A DNA stretch of 62,985 nt, filler included, from Octopus bimaculoides (Eukaryota): NCBI RefSeq assembly GCF_001194135.2. It is 5 parts of 4 records of this genome, joined end to end, with 100 filler letters (N's around TTAATTAATTAA, not from the genome) between each part and the next. Parts side by side here need not be neighbours in the genome. Positions count along the whole stretch, not along the records: positions 37,419 to 45,317 come from NC_068987.1; positions 45,418 to 55,232 come from NC_068996.1; 3 more parts are not named here. One strand, 5' to 3'. The notes beneath the pieces are model-generated. The model made no database searches. It saw only the letters and a list, made by a program, of their open reading frames with translations, and was not told the origin of the DNA. A program made the position numbers and the translations under genes. This document shows positions 39,848 through 52,796 of the stretch, one piece after another (position 1 is the first letter of the stretch; each line of letters starts with the position of its first letter).

Positions 39848-40807
39848 NNNNNNNNNNNNNNNNNNNNNNNNNNNNNNNNNNNNNNNNNNNNNNNNNNNNN
39901 NNNNNNNNNNNNNNNNNNNNNNNNNNNNNNNNNNNNNNNNNNNNNTATATATATGTACATATATATATTTATATATGATAATGATTTTTATATATTTTTC
40001 TCCTACGTTTCTCCCACTTTTTCTCTCTCTCGATAAATATATATTATCTATATTTACTTATGTACGCACGTTCCTACGTACGTATCTATCTATGCACATA
40101 TACACATTTTTTCACGAATGGATGTTTGTTGTGTGTGTGTGTGTGTGTGTGTGTGTATTTATAAATTGTGAGTTTGTGCGTGTGCTTATATATCTATCTT
40201 GTTTGTATAATACTAATGCGATTCCAAATGCACAACATATCTAAATATACACGAACCAAACATACATACATGCACTATATATACATGAATATATAGAAGT
40301 AGATACACATACACACACACACACACACAGTGGGATTTATGTATTATTCATTTTGTTTGATATTTTGTTTACATATATGCATCTATAATTTTGATCATAT
40401 GTAAATATGTGCACAAATATATCCATGTGTGTGTTGAATACAATAATATTCAAATAGCAATTTGTTTGTCTCTTCTTCTCTTTTCCTATCTATCTATAAA
40501 ACAACACTCACAAATGGATTTGAATTTTTTCAAAAAATAAAGCTCATTAAATATACATTGCTTACATTGCTGTAACGGTGCGCTGTACTATTAACACTCT
40601 TTGGAGCTTGTTTTCGAGAGAGGTGGGCTGGGTCGAAGAGGGTCAAATAGTTTGACTGAGGATTCAGTCGGAGAACTTTCAGAACAGAAAGCAAAATTGA
40701 ATATTTTTAGAAATATCATTTGAAACTGAAGTGAAACAAGTTTTTCAGCGCAAAGACACAGCATACCCATATCAATGAATATATTGCACAAGCTCACAAT
40801 TAATATA

Positions 40808-41216
40808 TTCTTTTATTTGTTTCGGTCATTTGATTGCGGCCATGCTGGAGCACCGCCTTTAGTCGAACAAATCGACTCTAGGACTTATTCTTTGTAAGTC
40901 TAGTACTTATTCTATCGGTCTCTTTTGCCGAACAGCTAGGTTACGGGGACGTAAACGCACCAATATCGGTTGTCAAGCGATGGTGGGAGACAAACACAGA
41001 CACACAAACGTATACACACACACACACACACACACACACCCATACATATATACGATGGGCTTCTTTCAGTTTCCATCTCCCAAATCCACTCACAAGGCTT
41101 TGGTCAGCTCGAAGCTATAGTAGAAGACACTTGCCCAAGAGGCCACGCAGTAGGATTGAACCAAGAACCATGTAGCTGGGAAATAAGCTTCTTATCACCC
41201 AGCCATGCCTGTGCCT
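40808..41216 (-). mobile_element. SINE family B, full length
   Basis: Colinear with the reverse complement of 54723-55140. Confidence 0.9.
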
Positions 41217-41419
41217 ATAATACACTCCAACCTACATGTACACACACACACACACACATACACAAACACTGCCACCAAATTTATATAAATATACACAACT
41301 GTTTTCGCATACGTCTTTCAGCTGTTAGTAAGCAAACTTATTCTGTTTTTATACGAAGCTATGTGTGAACACTAGTGCTGGCAGTTACATTTCTACAGTA
41401 GACCAATCACTAGTTCGCT

Positions 41420-41960
41420 AAATTTACTTTGCTGGGAATCGCCGGGGAACTTCTATGTAAATCTGTTTGAAAGAAGGGAAAAATCTTTACTAAGTGTTCT
41501 GTGTTGCTGAACCTAGAAGATGGCCCCACCATATCTAATGGCTTTGATAGCAGGCTCCTGTGAATCGAAACGTAATAGAAGGAAGGCACTGTGTACGAGT
41601 TTTTTTCTGCAGATGACTTTTCTCTTTTAAGTTCAGTGCATGAAATACTGAGAATCAAGCAGTGCATGAACAGATTCTCGGCTGTTTACGGTGATGTCTA
41701 TCAAACCGCCAACACTAAAACTCGCAAAGCTATTTATCAAGTAGCCTCTCATACTCTAAGGGGTATGCGGCTCCTACAACTACAATGAAGATCAAGCTCA
41801 AATTGTCATTGTCCTGTCAATATACCCGGGCAGTCCTTATTCAAAGTTCGTCTATAGTGACGATAAAGTCAACAGTATACTTACCAAAGTTAGTACCGTT
41901 TAGATAGACTTTGCGTGAATTCTGGGTTGAAGAAGTACAGCAACCTCCAAATCAGACTGA
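41420..41960 (+). mobile_element. RTE/BovB-like LINE reverse-transcriptase fossil
   Basis: YEFFSADDFSLL..QCMNRFSA (FADD motif), then YPGSPYS..DDKVNSILTKVS (YLGS..DEVN.RI.KAS). Confidence 0.82.
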
Positions 41961-42369
41961 AGGTAAGAACCTTTGTTTTGCCAGTTTTATTGAATGGCAG
42001 AGAGATGTAGAATTTTCTGTTGAGTTGGAAAGAGAGGAACTAGGATGAGCGATATTTGTGTTGTGTGTAACTAATGCGAAGGAGATGAAAGAGGAGTGAA
42101 TGATTACATTCTCTGTGTAGGATTTTGTCTTCTTAGAAGCAACAGGAAAAAGTAATTAACATACAGAGAAAGCTGTAGGAAACATTTTACAGTAAATATA
42201 CCCGTGCACGAAAATCTCATTTTATGTATTCTAAAACACATATGAATGAATTTCAAAATTATTCATGTATAAATATACATTTATATGGGTTTACATTTAA
42301 AAGCTTCTCTAGTGACATCACATCCATTAATTTGTATCAAATATTCCATTTGTTTGTTGTCCATCAACG

Positions 42370-42850
42370 CTAAGGTGGAATCCAGGTAGATGCTTTCACA
42401 AGTCAAGCAATACCCATCCATTGTGGTATGGAGGCGGCGGCATTTCTACAAATGAAAAGATGCTATTTGGAGAAATTCCTAGGTAAAACCATAAACTTTA
42501 AAACCTATTTTAACATTTTGAAGAGGAAATTACAGACTCTCTTTATCCTTCAGAATAACACTATATTTTAATATGTTGGGGTAACCATGAAGGATTAAAA
42601 ACCAAACCTAATAATATTAATCTATTGGATAGGATTATTTCCCTGATCCTCCCACCAGAATTGAACTGATCATATGCTTGGAATTATCTTAAGAAAAAAT
42701 TGGAAATTACAGAGCTTAGTCTGTCTTAGATTGGAAAGAGAAGACATGACAGGTTTGGAGACACGGGAGATAACTCTAGATCTAGTCAATATTTGGCGGA
42801 GAACGCTAAATTGCATTGCTGCTGCATTAACGGCAACTCTATAGAAAAGC
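42370..42850 (+). mobile_element. Decayed Tc1 transposase DDE-domain fragment
   Basis: YPSIVVW, KTINFKTY, ILKRKL, PPELN, WNYLKKKL remnants match the Tc1 PS.MVWG..PSPDLNPIE.W pattern. Confidence 0.68.
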
Positions 42851-44183
42851 AACCGTATGACAGTAACATTTGCATTTTTTAAACTGTTATCTGTTTATCT
42901 CCTTATTTTATAATGAAATGTATTGCTTATTTGTCATCTACATCCTGAATTGCAATATAAAACACTATTTTATCAGTGTATTCAACCTTTTGACCGGGAT
43001 GTGTAGGCACATCATCTAAACCTAACACCTCCACCACACACGCTATGTGTAAGTATATATANNNNNNNNNNNNNNNNNNNNNNNNNNNNNNNNNNNNNNN
43101 NNNNNNNNNNNNTATATATATATCTCGACACACACACACACAATGCCTAATAAATAATATATACATTATTTATACTCATAAGCGCATTTATATATCCACA
43201 CTCATTTGAACGAACATTTCTGCAAGCTTGTCAGTTTGTGTACCATATTTGTATGTGTGTGTTTGTGTATGAAACTGCATATGTGTAAGTGTATACGTTT
43301 ATATAATTGCGTTTGTTGTTATTCTCGTTCGGCGTTCAGAAAAACTTCTATATTTATTTTACTGACTCCAATGAGATGATGTATCTTTAATTAAAATGAA
43401 CATAAAACTGATTTTATTAATGCCGTATGGATGTATGCTTGTCTTTCATTCTATGTGTTTGTCCGTGATGTATCTGTATGCGCGTGTGTGTGTGTGTGCG
43501 TGCGTCCGATTTTCTGTTCTTTTTCAATACTAAACATAGCTTTTGTTTGCATTCAATATTCTTTGTTTTCTGAGATCGAACATCGCATGATATTTCGTTA
43601 TTTATAACGTGGAATTGGCAATGGCTGTGGAGAAGTGGTAGTGATGGTAGTGGTAGTTCCTGTCGATGCTGGTCTGGAATGGCTGCAGTTCTTACATGCT
43701 TGTTCAATTCACAGAATGGTGCTGGAGGGCTTGTTAGGCCTGCGATGTGAAATTCTTTCTTGGTAAATTCACGTGGCCAATTCCGACAGGTAGAAGGAAG
43801 AGAGAAAACATTAATGCTAGTCACTCATATATTCTTTATCGAATAAAGGCAGGAAAAGTAGAGTTAATCTCGGCAGAATTTGAACTTGGAGCGAAGATAG
43901 CTGGAATAATCTAAAGCTCTGACCACTGCTAAATGGCGACCTTTACTGTCATAGTGGTGGTAAAGTGTTTCTGTGTGGGAGATGATGGTCAAGATCAAGG
44001 TTTCGTATGAGATAAGTGGATGGAGATGTGGTTGATGTTGCATAATGCCATGTCAAACCTGATCCAGTTGAGTTAGGGGCAAAAACATTCCAACTATAGC
44101 AACCTAATCTTTATATATATATATATATATATATAATAAAAAACCTTCTTTATTGAATTATTTAATAGTGATTTTCTCTAAAT

Positions 44184-44214
<31 letters not shown>

Positions 44215-45092
44215 TTAAATAAGAAAATGAAGCAAATGGATAAAACTTTACGTACAGATGTTTATATTTAAACATTCAAATTCATACATAGAAATTCCTG
44301 CCTACAGCTGTTTCCATACACAATTCTTTAATTTCAGAAATAAAATTCCATATTCGAAATCAGTGAATTGGTTATGTCCTTAGAGAGAATTTCAAAAGAA
44401 AGTTATTTAACAATATGTAGGCTAACCTATGACAAACTTAGAAGTGTTTGTTTTTTTATTAACGCAAGCGTTCCGTAGAAGCCGTCACATATATAAAGTC
44501 TCCTTCCAATTTTGCAGATTGTAATTCGTGAGAATTCGGTAGCTTTTTCTTGTAAGTTGTCCGGCCACGTAGATGCTTCCTCGTTGACTCGTGGTCAAGT
44601 CGCTATACAATTAATTTTTGCTAGTTGATATAACTGTTGTGTTGTTTTTGTTGTCTATTCTCATAGACATTCTAACCAACCGTTTCAACTTTGTTCGTGT
44701 CGAAGTTTACAATGTTTAAATTTACTCGGCTTGAAGAAGGCAGCGTGTGATTAAAGGGCAATTTGACTACTATTTTTAGTAGGCCTCACAAACATGTAAA
44801 GGCTTCCCATTGTTGTTGTTGTTGACGTTGTTTTTTTATCCCTGCTGTTGGTTTTGTTTTAATTATTTAACCCTAGGCCTGACATAACAGCTTTCCTATG
44901 ATTAAAAGCATTCCATTTATAACCATCCCGTTTTAGGAGGCGATATTGTTGTTATTGCTAAGGATGCTTTGTTAACCTCATGTCAAACCTCACTGAGCAG
45001 ATCAATTCTGAGCAGATATTTCAGCCGTGATCACTTGCGGTTTTTTTACGTTCTTATTTCCAAATTACATTGGGTGTTATCAATAACGTATA

Positions 45093-45260
45093 CAGGCGCA
45101 GGAGTGGCTGTGTGGTTAGAAGCTTGTTTATCAACCACATGGTTCCGAGTTCAGTCCCACTGCGTGGCACCTTGGCCAAATGTCTTCTACTATAGCCTCG
45201 GGCCGACCAAAGCCTTGTGAGTGGATGTGGTAGACGGAAACTGAAAGAAGCCCGTCGTAT
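45093..45260 (+). mobile_element. SINE family B, 5' half (runs into an assembly join)
   Basis: AGGCGCAGGAGTGGCTGTGTGGTTAG..GTTCAGTCCCACTGCGTGGCACCTTGG. Confidence 0.9.
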
Positions 45261-45284
45261 ATATATATATATTTATATATATAT

Positions 45285-45317
<33 letters not shown>

Positions 45318-45417
45318 NNNNNNNNNNNNNNNNNNNNNNNNNNNNNNNNNNNNNNNNNNNNTTAATTAATTAANNNNNNNNNNNNNNNNNNNNNNNNNNN
45401 NNNNNNNNNNNNNNNNN
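45318..45417. other. Assembly join spacer
   Basis: TTAATTAATTAA at 45362-45373 within N. Confidence 0.92.
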
Positions 45418-45610
45418 ATATATATATATATATATATAATTTATATTATTATTTGATTGAACGCCACGCATCCATTTCCAAGTAAGTTTATCTTAATCTC
45501 TTTGATGCGACTCTACTCTATACTGTTTTCTCCCCCGTCGTTTTCTCAAATTCCCTTTTTTTCTCACCTTCACCATTTTCTATCTGTCCCTCTCTCCCCT
45601 CTTTCTCCTT

Positions 45611-45646
<36 letters not shown>

Positions 45647-45699
45647 GCTCACACGTGACCATCATCCATCTTTCTTTTCCTCACAGGATCATCTTTCTT

Positions 45700-46104
45700 T
45701 TCTTTCAGGACTGTCCTAAGGACTGGACATATCCTATCTCTCTCTTCTATCTATTTTTCCAGCGTTCGCTATTTTACACTCGTTCTGGTCTAACGACACT
45801 CCATATTTGTTTTCGTTCGGTTTCCTTGTATGTCTCCACTGTCCTGTTTTTGTTCCCAACTTTCACCCTCCATGAATCCCAAATTTCATTTTAGTACTTA
45901 TGGGATCAACTGTCTTAGAAGACTCATACTGTCGTTCAATGCTCGAAATAAGGAGTAGACAGAGAGCTGACAACTGACGAAGGGTCGTTCTTTATGTTAC
46001 CTGTCCTGTTTTCCAATTGTTTCTCTCATTGTTTGCATATTGAACTCATTTGTGTTCGTATTTCATGTTGTTTGCTGTTGGTGACGTTCTATGCCCATAT
46101 ATGC

Positions 46105-46110
<6 letters not shown>
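45700..46110 (+). mobile_element. PLE-tail-like repeat with hammerhead relics; partial second copy at 24525-24700
   Basis: Shared GAAAT..GGAGTAGACAGA.AGCTGACAACTGA(T/C)GAA and ATTTCATGTTGTTT.CTGTTGGTGA blocks. Confidence 0.55.
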
Positions 46111-46140
<30 letters not shown>

Positions 46141-46324
46141 TGTTTATATTATATATATATATCATTTATAAATATATATATTATTTATATTATATATATA
46201 TATTATATATATTATTTATAATATATATATATTACTTATAATATATATATATATATGTATCATTTATATTATACATATTATTTATAATATATATATTAAT
46301 TATATTATATATATATTATTTAAT

Positions 46325-47007
46325 ACAGTTCTATATTTAAGAGATGAAGAATTATGTACATTATTTACATTCGACGGATATTTGTCCTCATCTAGTTTGT
46401 TGTTAACACAACGTTTCGGCTGATATACCTCCAGCCTTCTTCAAGTGTCTTGGGAAATTTCGAACCTGGGTTCTCATTCCTAAGGTATTTTTCGATGTTG
46501 CTGTTGTTTGGAGTGAATTTTAGGGCTTATAAATCTAATATTTTTCTATCCTTCCTTAATACCGGTTCCCATATGCTGCTCATATCTGCACTCGGTCTGC
46601 TTAGGAGGTTGTTGTGTCCTAGTATCTGGTGCTTCTTTTAGTTTTCGTATTTTCCAGTGGTGTTCTCTATCTATTATTTTAACTTCATCCCACAGGGGGG
46701 GGTTCTATTTTTCCATATATGAACAGCTATACCCGATTTATCAATATCTCCTCGTGTCACAGCTTTGCGATGTTCCTCTACCCTTATTTTGAGGAGGCGA
46801 CATGTTTCGCCTTTGTATAACCTACCACAGCTGCATGGGATGGAGTACACGCAGTCTTTGGTGATATTCTCTTTTATTGGTGGTTTTACTCGAAGGAGAT
46901 ACTTGCGAAGTGTTGTATTTCTCTTGAATACTGTTCTTACTTTCCACCTTAGTTCAACAGTATTCAAGAGTAATACAACGCTTTGCAAATATCTCCTTCG
47001 AGTAAAA
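46325..47007 (-). mobile_element. Penelope-like element 3' fragment (GIY-YIG endonuclease plus tail, 5' foldback)
   Basis: CVYSIPCSCGRLYKGETCRLLKIRVEEHRK is a GIY-YIG motif; hammerhead in the tail; 52-bp inverted repeat at the truncated end. Confidence 0.9.
46405..46449 (-). ncRNA. Minimal type I hammerhead motif (C3U variant) in PLE tail
   Basis: GACAC-UUGAAGA-A-GGCUG(GAGGUAUAU)CAGCC-GAA-ACGU-U-GUGUU. Confidence 0.68.
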
Positions 47008-47559
47008 ATGAAAGTGATTGTTACCGAAACTGTTTTGCCTAAAGCTGTTTAAGTTGGGGTAAGCTTCATCTGAGTATGATTACAGGTAAGTTCACCGCCA
47101 TCAGTCCATCGCAGGAGAATTCACCAGCGTCAATTCACCATGAAGGATGTTCATTATGTGGAAAGTTAACTGAGAAAATATATATCTATAGTATCTCATG
47201 CTTAATAGTTAAAAACAACTGATGACGTTGGACTTACCGGACATGATTTCATATATTGATAGAAGGGTCATCATAGTTTTTTCACAGCACTGAAGCAGAT
47301 CTTGGTTTAAAGTGCAAGTAAAATATGAAGAGTTCTGAGGTCGTCTTTAATAGCTTACTGGTGTCGTGTCGTGTCCTAGATCTGACTATAAACTACAGTC
47401 AGTAGTAGATGCTATGGTTCGGGTGTCCCAGGATTTTGAGGAGTGTGGAACCACCGCTTAGCCATTATTGCTCCTAGATCTCGGATCCATAGTTATAGTA
47501 TCCATAAGGGTCCCAGTTATGGATTAACTATTAATTCAGTAAGTCAGATGAAGCACGTT

Positions 47560-48115
47560 AACCTGGGTGGGGGCAACTCATCTAGGAGAAGGAAAACCCT
47601 GATTTCAAAACTTCCACTATTTTGCGACCATACACAAGCATAGAAAATGTCAAGGCAGTAAACTCTGTGGGAAAATCGTAAATCGAAGCCCCTGGGGTAG
47701 TTCGACATTATCTATAGCCTCGTTCTGGCAACTCCTTCGTCAAAGCTGGTGCCAAATTGTAACAACCGTGCTGTTGTTATTTGTTGTTATTTGTCGTTTT
47801 TTCTTTTTTTTTTTGTTTATTTACCCATCATTAACGTAAAGAGGATGGACACGCTGCATGGACAACAGCATGTTCTCCATACCATTGTGCCCAAGCTTGG
47901 ATCTTATCAAACACCGCAGATACCTTATACTGGCGAGATAGAACCGGACTACAGATCAAAGACCACCGGGACAGCCCACAAGTGTGGCTTCAGTTGTAGA
48001 GATTGTAATTCGTGCATCAGATTTTTCAGCCACAGACAACGTTGTCGCAGTTGGGTGGAGAACTTGGATCCTCTCCCACGTTCTTTAATGACAGACGGAA
48101 GCCAAAGAATTTCGT
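47560..48115 (+). mobile_element. Internally deleted RTE element (5' UTR-like part joined to ORF 3' end)
   Basis: GGGCAACTCATCTAGGAGAAGGAAAACCCTGATTTCAAAAC resembles RTE 5' UTRs (from memory); HKCGFSCRDCNSCIRFFSHRQRC resembles the RTE C-terminal zinc finger. Confidence 0.62.
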
Positions 48116-48949
48116 AGTACTGTTTGCGTTGCTGTTGCTGTTATCAATATCAAACACGGACATATGATATTATGAAACTCTCGTTCAGTGGATCTTACGT
48201 TTGATCTTGGTTGATACAGCCATGACCATCACTCCTTGTGCTTATAAGAACGATGTTTATTTCGTCTTCTGATAATTCATGGTTGACCTTTGATGCATTC
48301 AAATTGTCCTCTGTGTAACGGTCTCATTATTCAGACACACAAATGACTCACTACAATCTTTCAGCGTTGATTCATGTCATTTCTGAACCAGTTCAGTTTG
48401 AAATAAAAAAAAAACACAGAAAAGTGCCAAAATGAGTGTTCCACAATAGATCAAACGGTATTACTTCGACGCTATTGAAAATAAACAAAACCAAAATTAA
48501 TTTGGTTTTTTCCAATGTAACAAAAAAGACAAAGAAGAAAACCATGAAACTAAATATTTAGCTTAATTTTTTCTTTTCTTTTCTTTTCTTTTTTCTTCTT
48601 TTTGCAGAAAGTCGATGATTATGAAAACGGTGATAGATTAAACCGGTGGATAAGAATAATCGTTGTGTCAGTAATAAAATTAGGATAACGAAGTACTTGT
48701 TCTACCTTAGCTAACTGAGGATTTGATAAGAAAATTAGGTGTATTTCAGTGCGTTCCTAAAACTCCATATAGAGTGAGCAATTGGTACATCGTCATATGT
48801 TCCAATAAGATTGTTGTGTGATAACGGTGATTTTTATTTGAGTGTTTTTCAAAGTAATTATAATGCTTATCATGTAATATGTTTTGCAACGAATTTTTAT
48901 GATTGTTCAGTACATTTGAGTTGTAACCGATCACATGTCGAAATCAAAA

Positions 48950-49230
48950 TACGAAATCAACCCAAAAGTCTGCTACTTAATCTATCGGTATCTTTTACCG
49001 AACTGCTATTTTTACGGGATTGTAAACAAACTAATACCGGTTGTCAATCACCCACCTACACACACAAGTATTTATACAACGATCTTTCACAGATTCCGTC
49101 TACTAAATTCACTCACAAGGTATTGGTCGGCCCTGGGCTATAGTGGAACACACGTACTGCGCTGTAAGACTGAACCAGAAATCACGTTTGCCAAGCGAGT
49201 ATTTTAACAATACAGTCATGCGCGCCTGCG
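48950..49230 (-). mobile_element. SINE family B, diverged and partial
   Basis: CCGTCTACTAAATTCACTCACAAGG..GGTCGGCCC block. Confidence 0.75.
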
Positions 49231-49250
49231 TGTGTGTGTATATATAATAT

Positions 49251-49633
49251 TGTTGTTGACACTCCGTCGCTTACAACGTCGAGGGTTCCAGCTGATCCGA
49301 TCAACGGAACAGCCTGCTCGTGAAATTAACGTGCAAGTGACTGAGCACTCCACAGACACGTGTACCCCTAACGTAGTTCTCGGGGATATTCAGCGTGACA
49401 CGGTGTGACAAGGCTGACCCGTTTAATTACAGGCACAACAGAAACAGGAAGTAAGAGAGAGAGAAAGTTGTGGTGAAAGAGTACAGCAGGGTTCGCCACC
49501 ATCCCCTGCCGGAGCCTCGTGGAGCTTTAGGTGTTTTTGCTCAATAAACACTCACAACGCCCGGTCTGGGAATCGAAACCGCGATCCTATAACCGCGAGT
49601 CCGCTGCCCTAACCACTGGGCCATTGCGCCTCC
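49251..49633 (-). mobile_element. SINE family A
   Basis: Closely similar to 3756-4142. Confidence 0.92.
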
Positions 49634-50689
49634 ACATATATAATATATACATATATAAATACGACGGTCTTCCACAGTTTCCGTCTCCCAAATCCACCCA
49701 CAAGGCATTGGTCGGTCCGGGGATGTAGTAATATAGTAAAAGACACTTACCCAAGGTGCCGCGCAGAGGGACTGAACCCGGAAACACGTAGTTGCAACGC
49801 GAATTTCTTAAACACTCGCCCATCCCTGTGCCATAATAACTATTTTCACGCTCATACATGTATAGATATTGAGATTTAATTGTATATATACGTACATACT
49901 AATATGCAAGCTACTTATATGCATACATCATATATCATAGTACGAATTGCTACAACAAATCAGCGAACCTGAAGTGTCTGTTTGCGTTAATTTCAAAATC
50001 TTTGTATTTTCACCTTTCTATGTAAATTTTTCGACTTCAACAAGTTCCAACAGATTGTTTATTCTGATTAGCTTGTCTTGCTACCGAAATATTCCCCGCA
50101 GGACAGTTGCTATGAGTGCGAAAATAGCAGCGATAACAGTAATGTAAGAGGCATATATAATGCGAGTAATAAGACAAGTGTTTTAAGTTGAAGGGGTATT
50201 AGATATGTAGCTAATAATTGCACTTTGCAGTCATGTGGAATTTCTAGGTACCGAATCACTGCCAGCATTTGAAGCAAGTGTTTTCAAACATATCTTAACA
50301 CACTATAAGAGATGTTTATCACGTCGACCGCAGATGAACGCTTTTAACCATTTGGTGTCCAGAAAAACTCCCCTACATTACTCATGGTAGGTCGCTCTTC
50401 CGTAGATCAGAATCTCCAACCAATTGGTCAATAAATGTCCTCCCAAGATGACCCGAAGGTTCTTTTCCATATGTTGGCTCCCACATCAGCATTTGACTCA
50501 TTACTTTACTTCATCCTTCCTACGAAAGCAATTCTTAAAGAATCTCAATCACCTTTCCTTTGTGATAGAAGTTACGCTTGGAAAATTACCTTAATGAACT
50601 TAGTTTATTGTATAAAAGTGCCATCCGATATTAAATGCAGCTCTCAAATGTTTGGCAGATGCAAACTTTGGGGGAAAAAACCTGTTTTG

Positions 50690-51480
50690 CGTGCACGTAT
50701 GTGAATGTGGGAGTGCTTATGTGTGTACGAGTGAAATTGACTCATCTGAGACACTTGACAATAAGAGGTCTAGTTTTAATTTGAAAGCACATACATCCAC
50801 CCCATGTGGGTCTCTCGGGTCATTTGGGAGAATATTGAAGAACTGTGGTCCTTTAAAGTCCAGGTTTTTGCAAAATCTTGTCCTATATCTTGGTGGCAAA
50901 TTTAGAGTCCTTGGCACTATGCAGTAGCGCCCTATTCTAGCATTAGTGTAACTCTCGACGCCAAAGTTTGGGACAAATCCCTTCAGGATCTTCCATATGT
51001 ATGTTATGACATAATTTTTCTCGCCTACGCTCTAAGGAATAGTCTTAATCTCTTGAATATTTCCCAGTAGCTGATATGCTGCATAGAGGCTATCTTCTTC
51101 GTGTAGCATCGTTGGATTGCCTCAAGTTCTGAGATTAATTTTACACTGGATGGTGACCATAGTTAGGAGCAATAGTCAAAGTGGCTTAGGACAAAGGGGG
51201 CCATCATGGTTTTCCAGAGGGCCATCATGGTTTCCTGATCTCTCGTTCTAAAAGTTCTAAGAATCCCTCCGGTCAGCATTTCATTGCCAACTTAGCAACA
51301 TGCACATGGAAGGATGCATCATTACTCACGTAAATGCGCAGGTCTCGTACTGACTGTGTCTCTGGGATTGCAATCCCTCCAAGTCCAGTCTATCTAATTT
51401 GTATTGCAATTAGTTTTGCGTGCTGACACCATAGGGCTTGAAACTTTTCAGAATTAAACTGCATGCTGTTCTTCTCAGCT
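50690..51480 (-). mobile_element. CR1-type LINE 3' fossil
   Basis: AEKNSMQFNSEKFQAL, SVRDL, FVLSHFDYCS.LWSPSSVKLISELEAIQRCYTKK, IYIWKILEGFVPNFG, FKLKLDLLLSSVSDE. Confidence 0.88.
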
Positions 51481-51919
51481 CACTTGTATATTTCATCCAA
51501 CTCACATTGCAGGTGCAAAGTGTCTTGAGGGTTCTGTATCACCTGTGAGACATTTGTATATACAGATATATAGATATATATACATATATAGATATATATA
51601 CATATATAGATAGATAGATAGATATACATGTATAGATTTATACACATATATACAGACATATATATATATATACATGCATATATATATATATATATATACG
51701 TAGATATATACACATATATATACATATATATACACATACATATATATATATGAACATATATATATATATATATATACATACATATATATGTACATGCATA
51801 TATATATATTCATACATACGTATATACATTCATATATATTTGCATACATATATACATATGTATATATTAATATATATATAATAATATAAGTAACTTATAA
51901 GTAATATATAAATATATGC

Positions 51920-51956
<37 letters not shown>

Positions 51957-52512
51957 NNNNNNNNNNNNNNNNNNNNNNNNNNNNNNNNNNNNNNNNNNNN
52001 NNNNNNNNNNNNNNNNNNNNNNNNNNNNNNNNNNNNNNNNNNNNNNNNNNNNNNNNNNNNNNNNNNNNNNNNNNNNNNNNNNNNNNNNNNNNNNNNNNNN
52101 NNNNNNNNNNNNNNNNNNNNNNNNNNNNNNNNNNNNNNNNNNNNNNNNNNNNNNNNNNNNNNNNNNNNNNNNNNNNNNNNNNNNNNNNNNNNNNNNNNNN
52201 NNNNNNNNNNNNNNNNNNNNNNNNNNNNNNNNNNNNNNNNNNNNNNNNNNNNNNNNNNNNNNNNNNNNNNNNNNNNNNNNNNNNNNNNNNNNNNNNNNNN
52301 NNNNNNNNNNNNNNNNNNNNNNNNNNNNNNNNNNNNNNNNNNNNNNNNNNNNNNNNNNNNNNNNNNNNNNNNNNNNNNNNNNNNNNNNNNNNNNNNNNNN
52401 NNNNNNNNNNNNNNNNNNNNNNNNNNNNNNNNNNNNNNNNNNNNNNNNNNNNNNNNNNNNNNNNNNNNNNNNNTATATATATATGTATGTATATGTATGT
52501 ATATATATATAT

Positions 52513-52775
52513 ATGCCTGTGCTCACGTTTCAATGTGGTGTGTGCCAGAGGGTTTGCAAATCCAATGGGGGTCTTAAAAGACATGTTAAGATCCACAATG
52601 AGCAGGACTTACCTGCAGGTATTGGTAGTACAAATCAGAGGTGCAATCTGTGTGGGTGTTTTTTCAAAACATTGTCTGGTTTAAAAAGCCACATCAGACG
52701 TCATGAAAGGACTAAGGTGTAGGTGCAGGAGGTGGTCAAACTCTTTGTAAGGAATAGACAACCACCATATATACA
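52513..52775 (+). mobile_element. Probable RTE LINE 3' end encoding two C2H2 zinc fingers (ORF 52513-52722, 69 aa)
   Basis: CGVCQRVCKSNGGLKRHVKIH and CNLCGCFFKTLSGLKSHIRRH; no TGEKP linker; short 3' UTR ends ACAACCACC(ATAT)n. Confidence 0.72.
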
Positions 52776-52796
52776 TATATCTATATATGTGTGTAA

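Noticed and set aside
47215-47260. AACAA-CTGATGA-CGTTGG as a hammerhead
   Set aside because: No GAAA or convincing stem II; at most a relic.
52513-52722. Host C2H2-ZNF gene call
   Set aside because: No TGEKP linkers, LINE-like 3' tail and a microsatellite-derived start; retained as a LINE feature.
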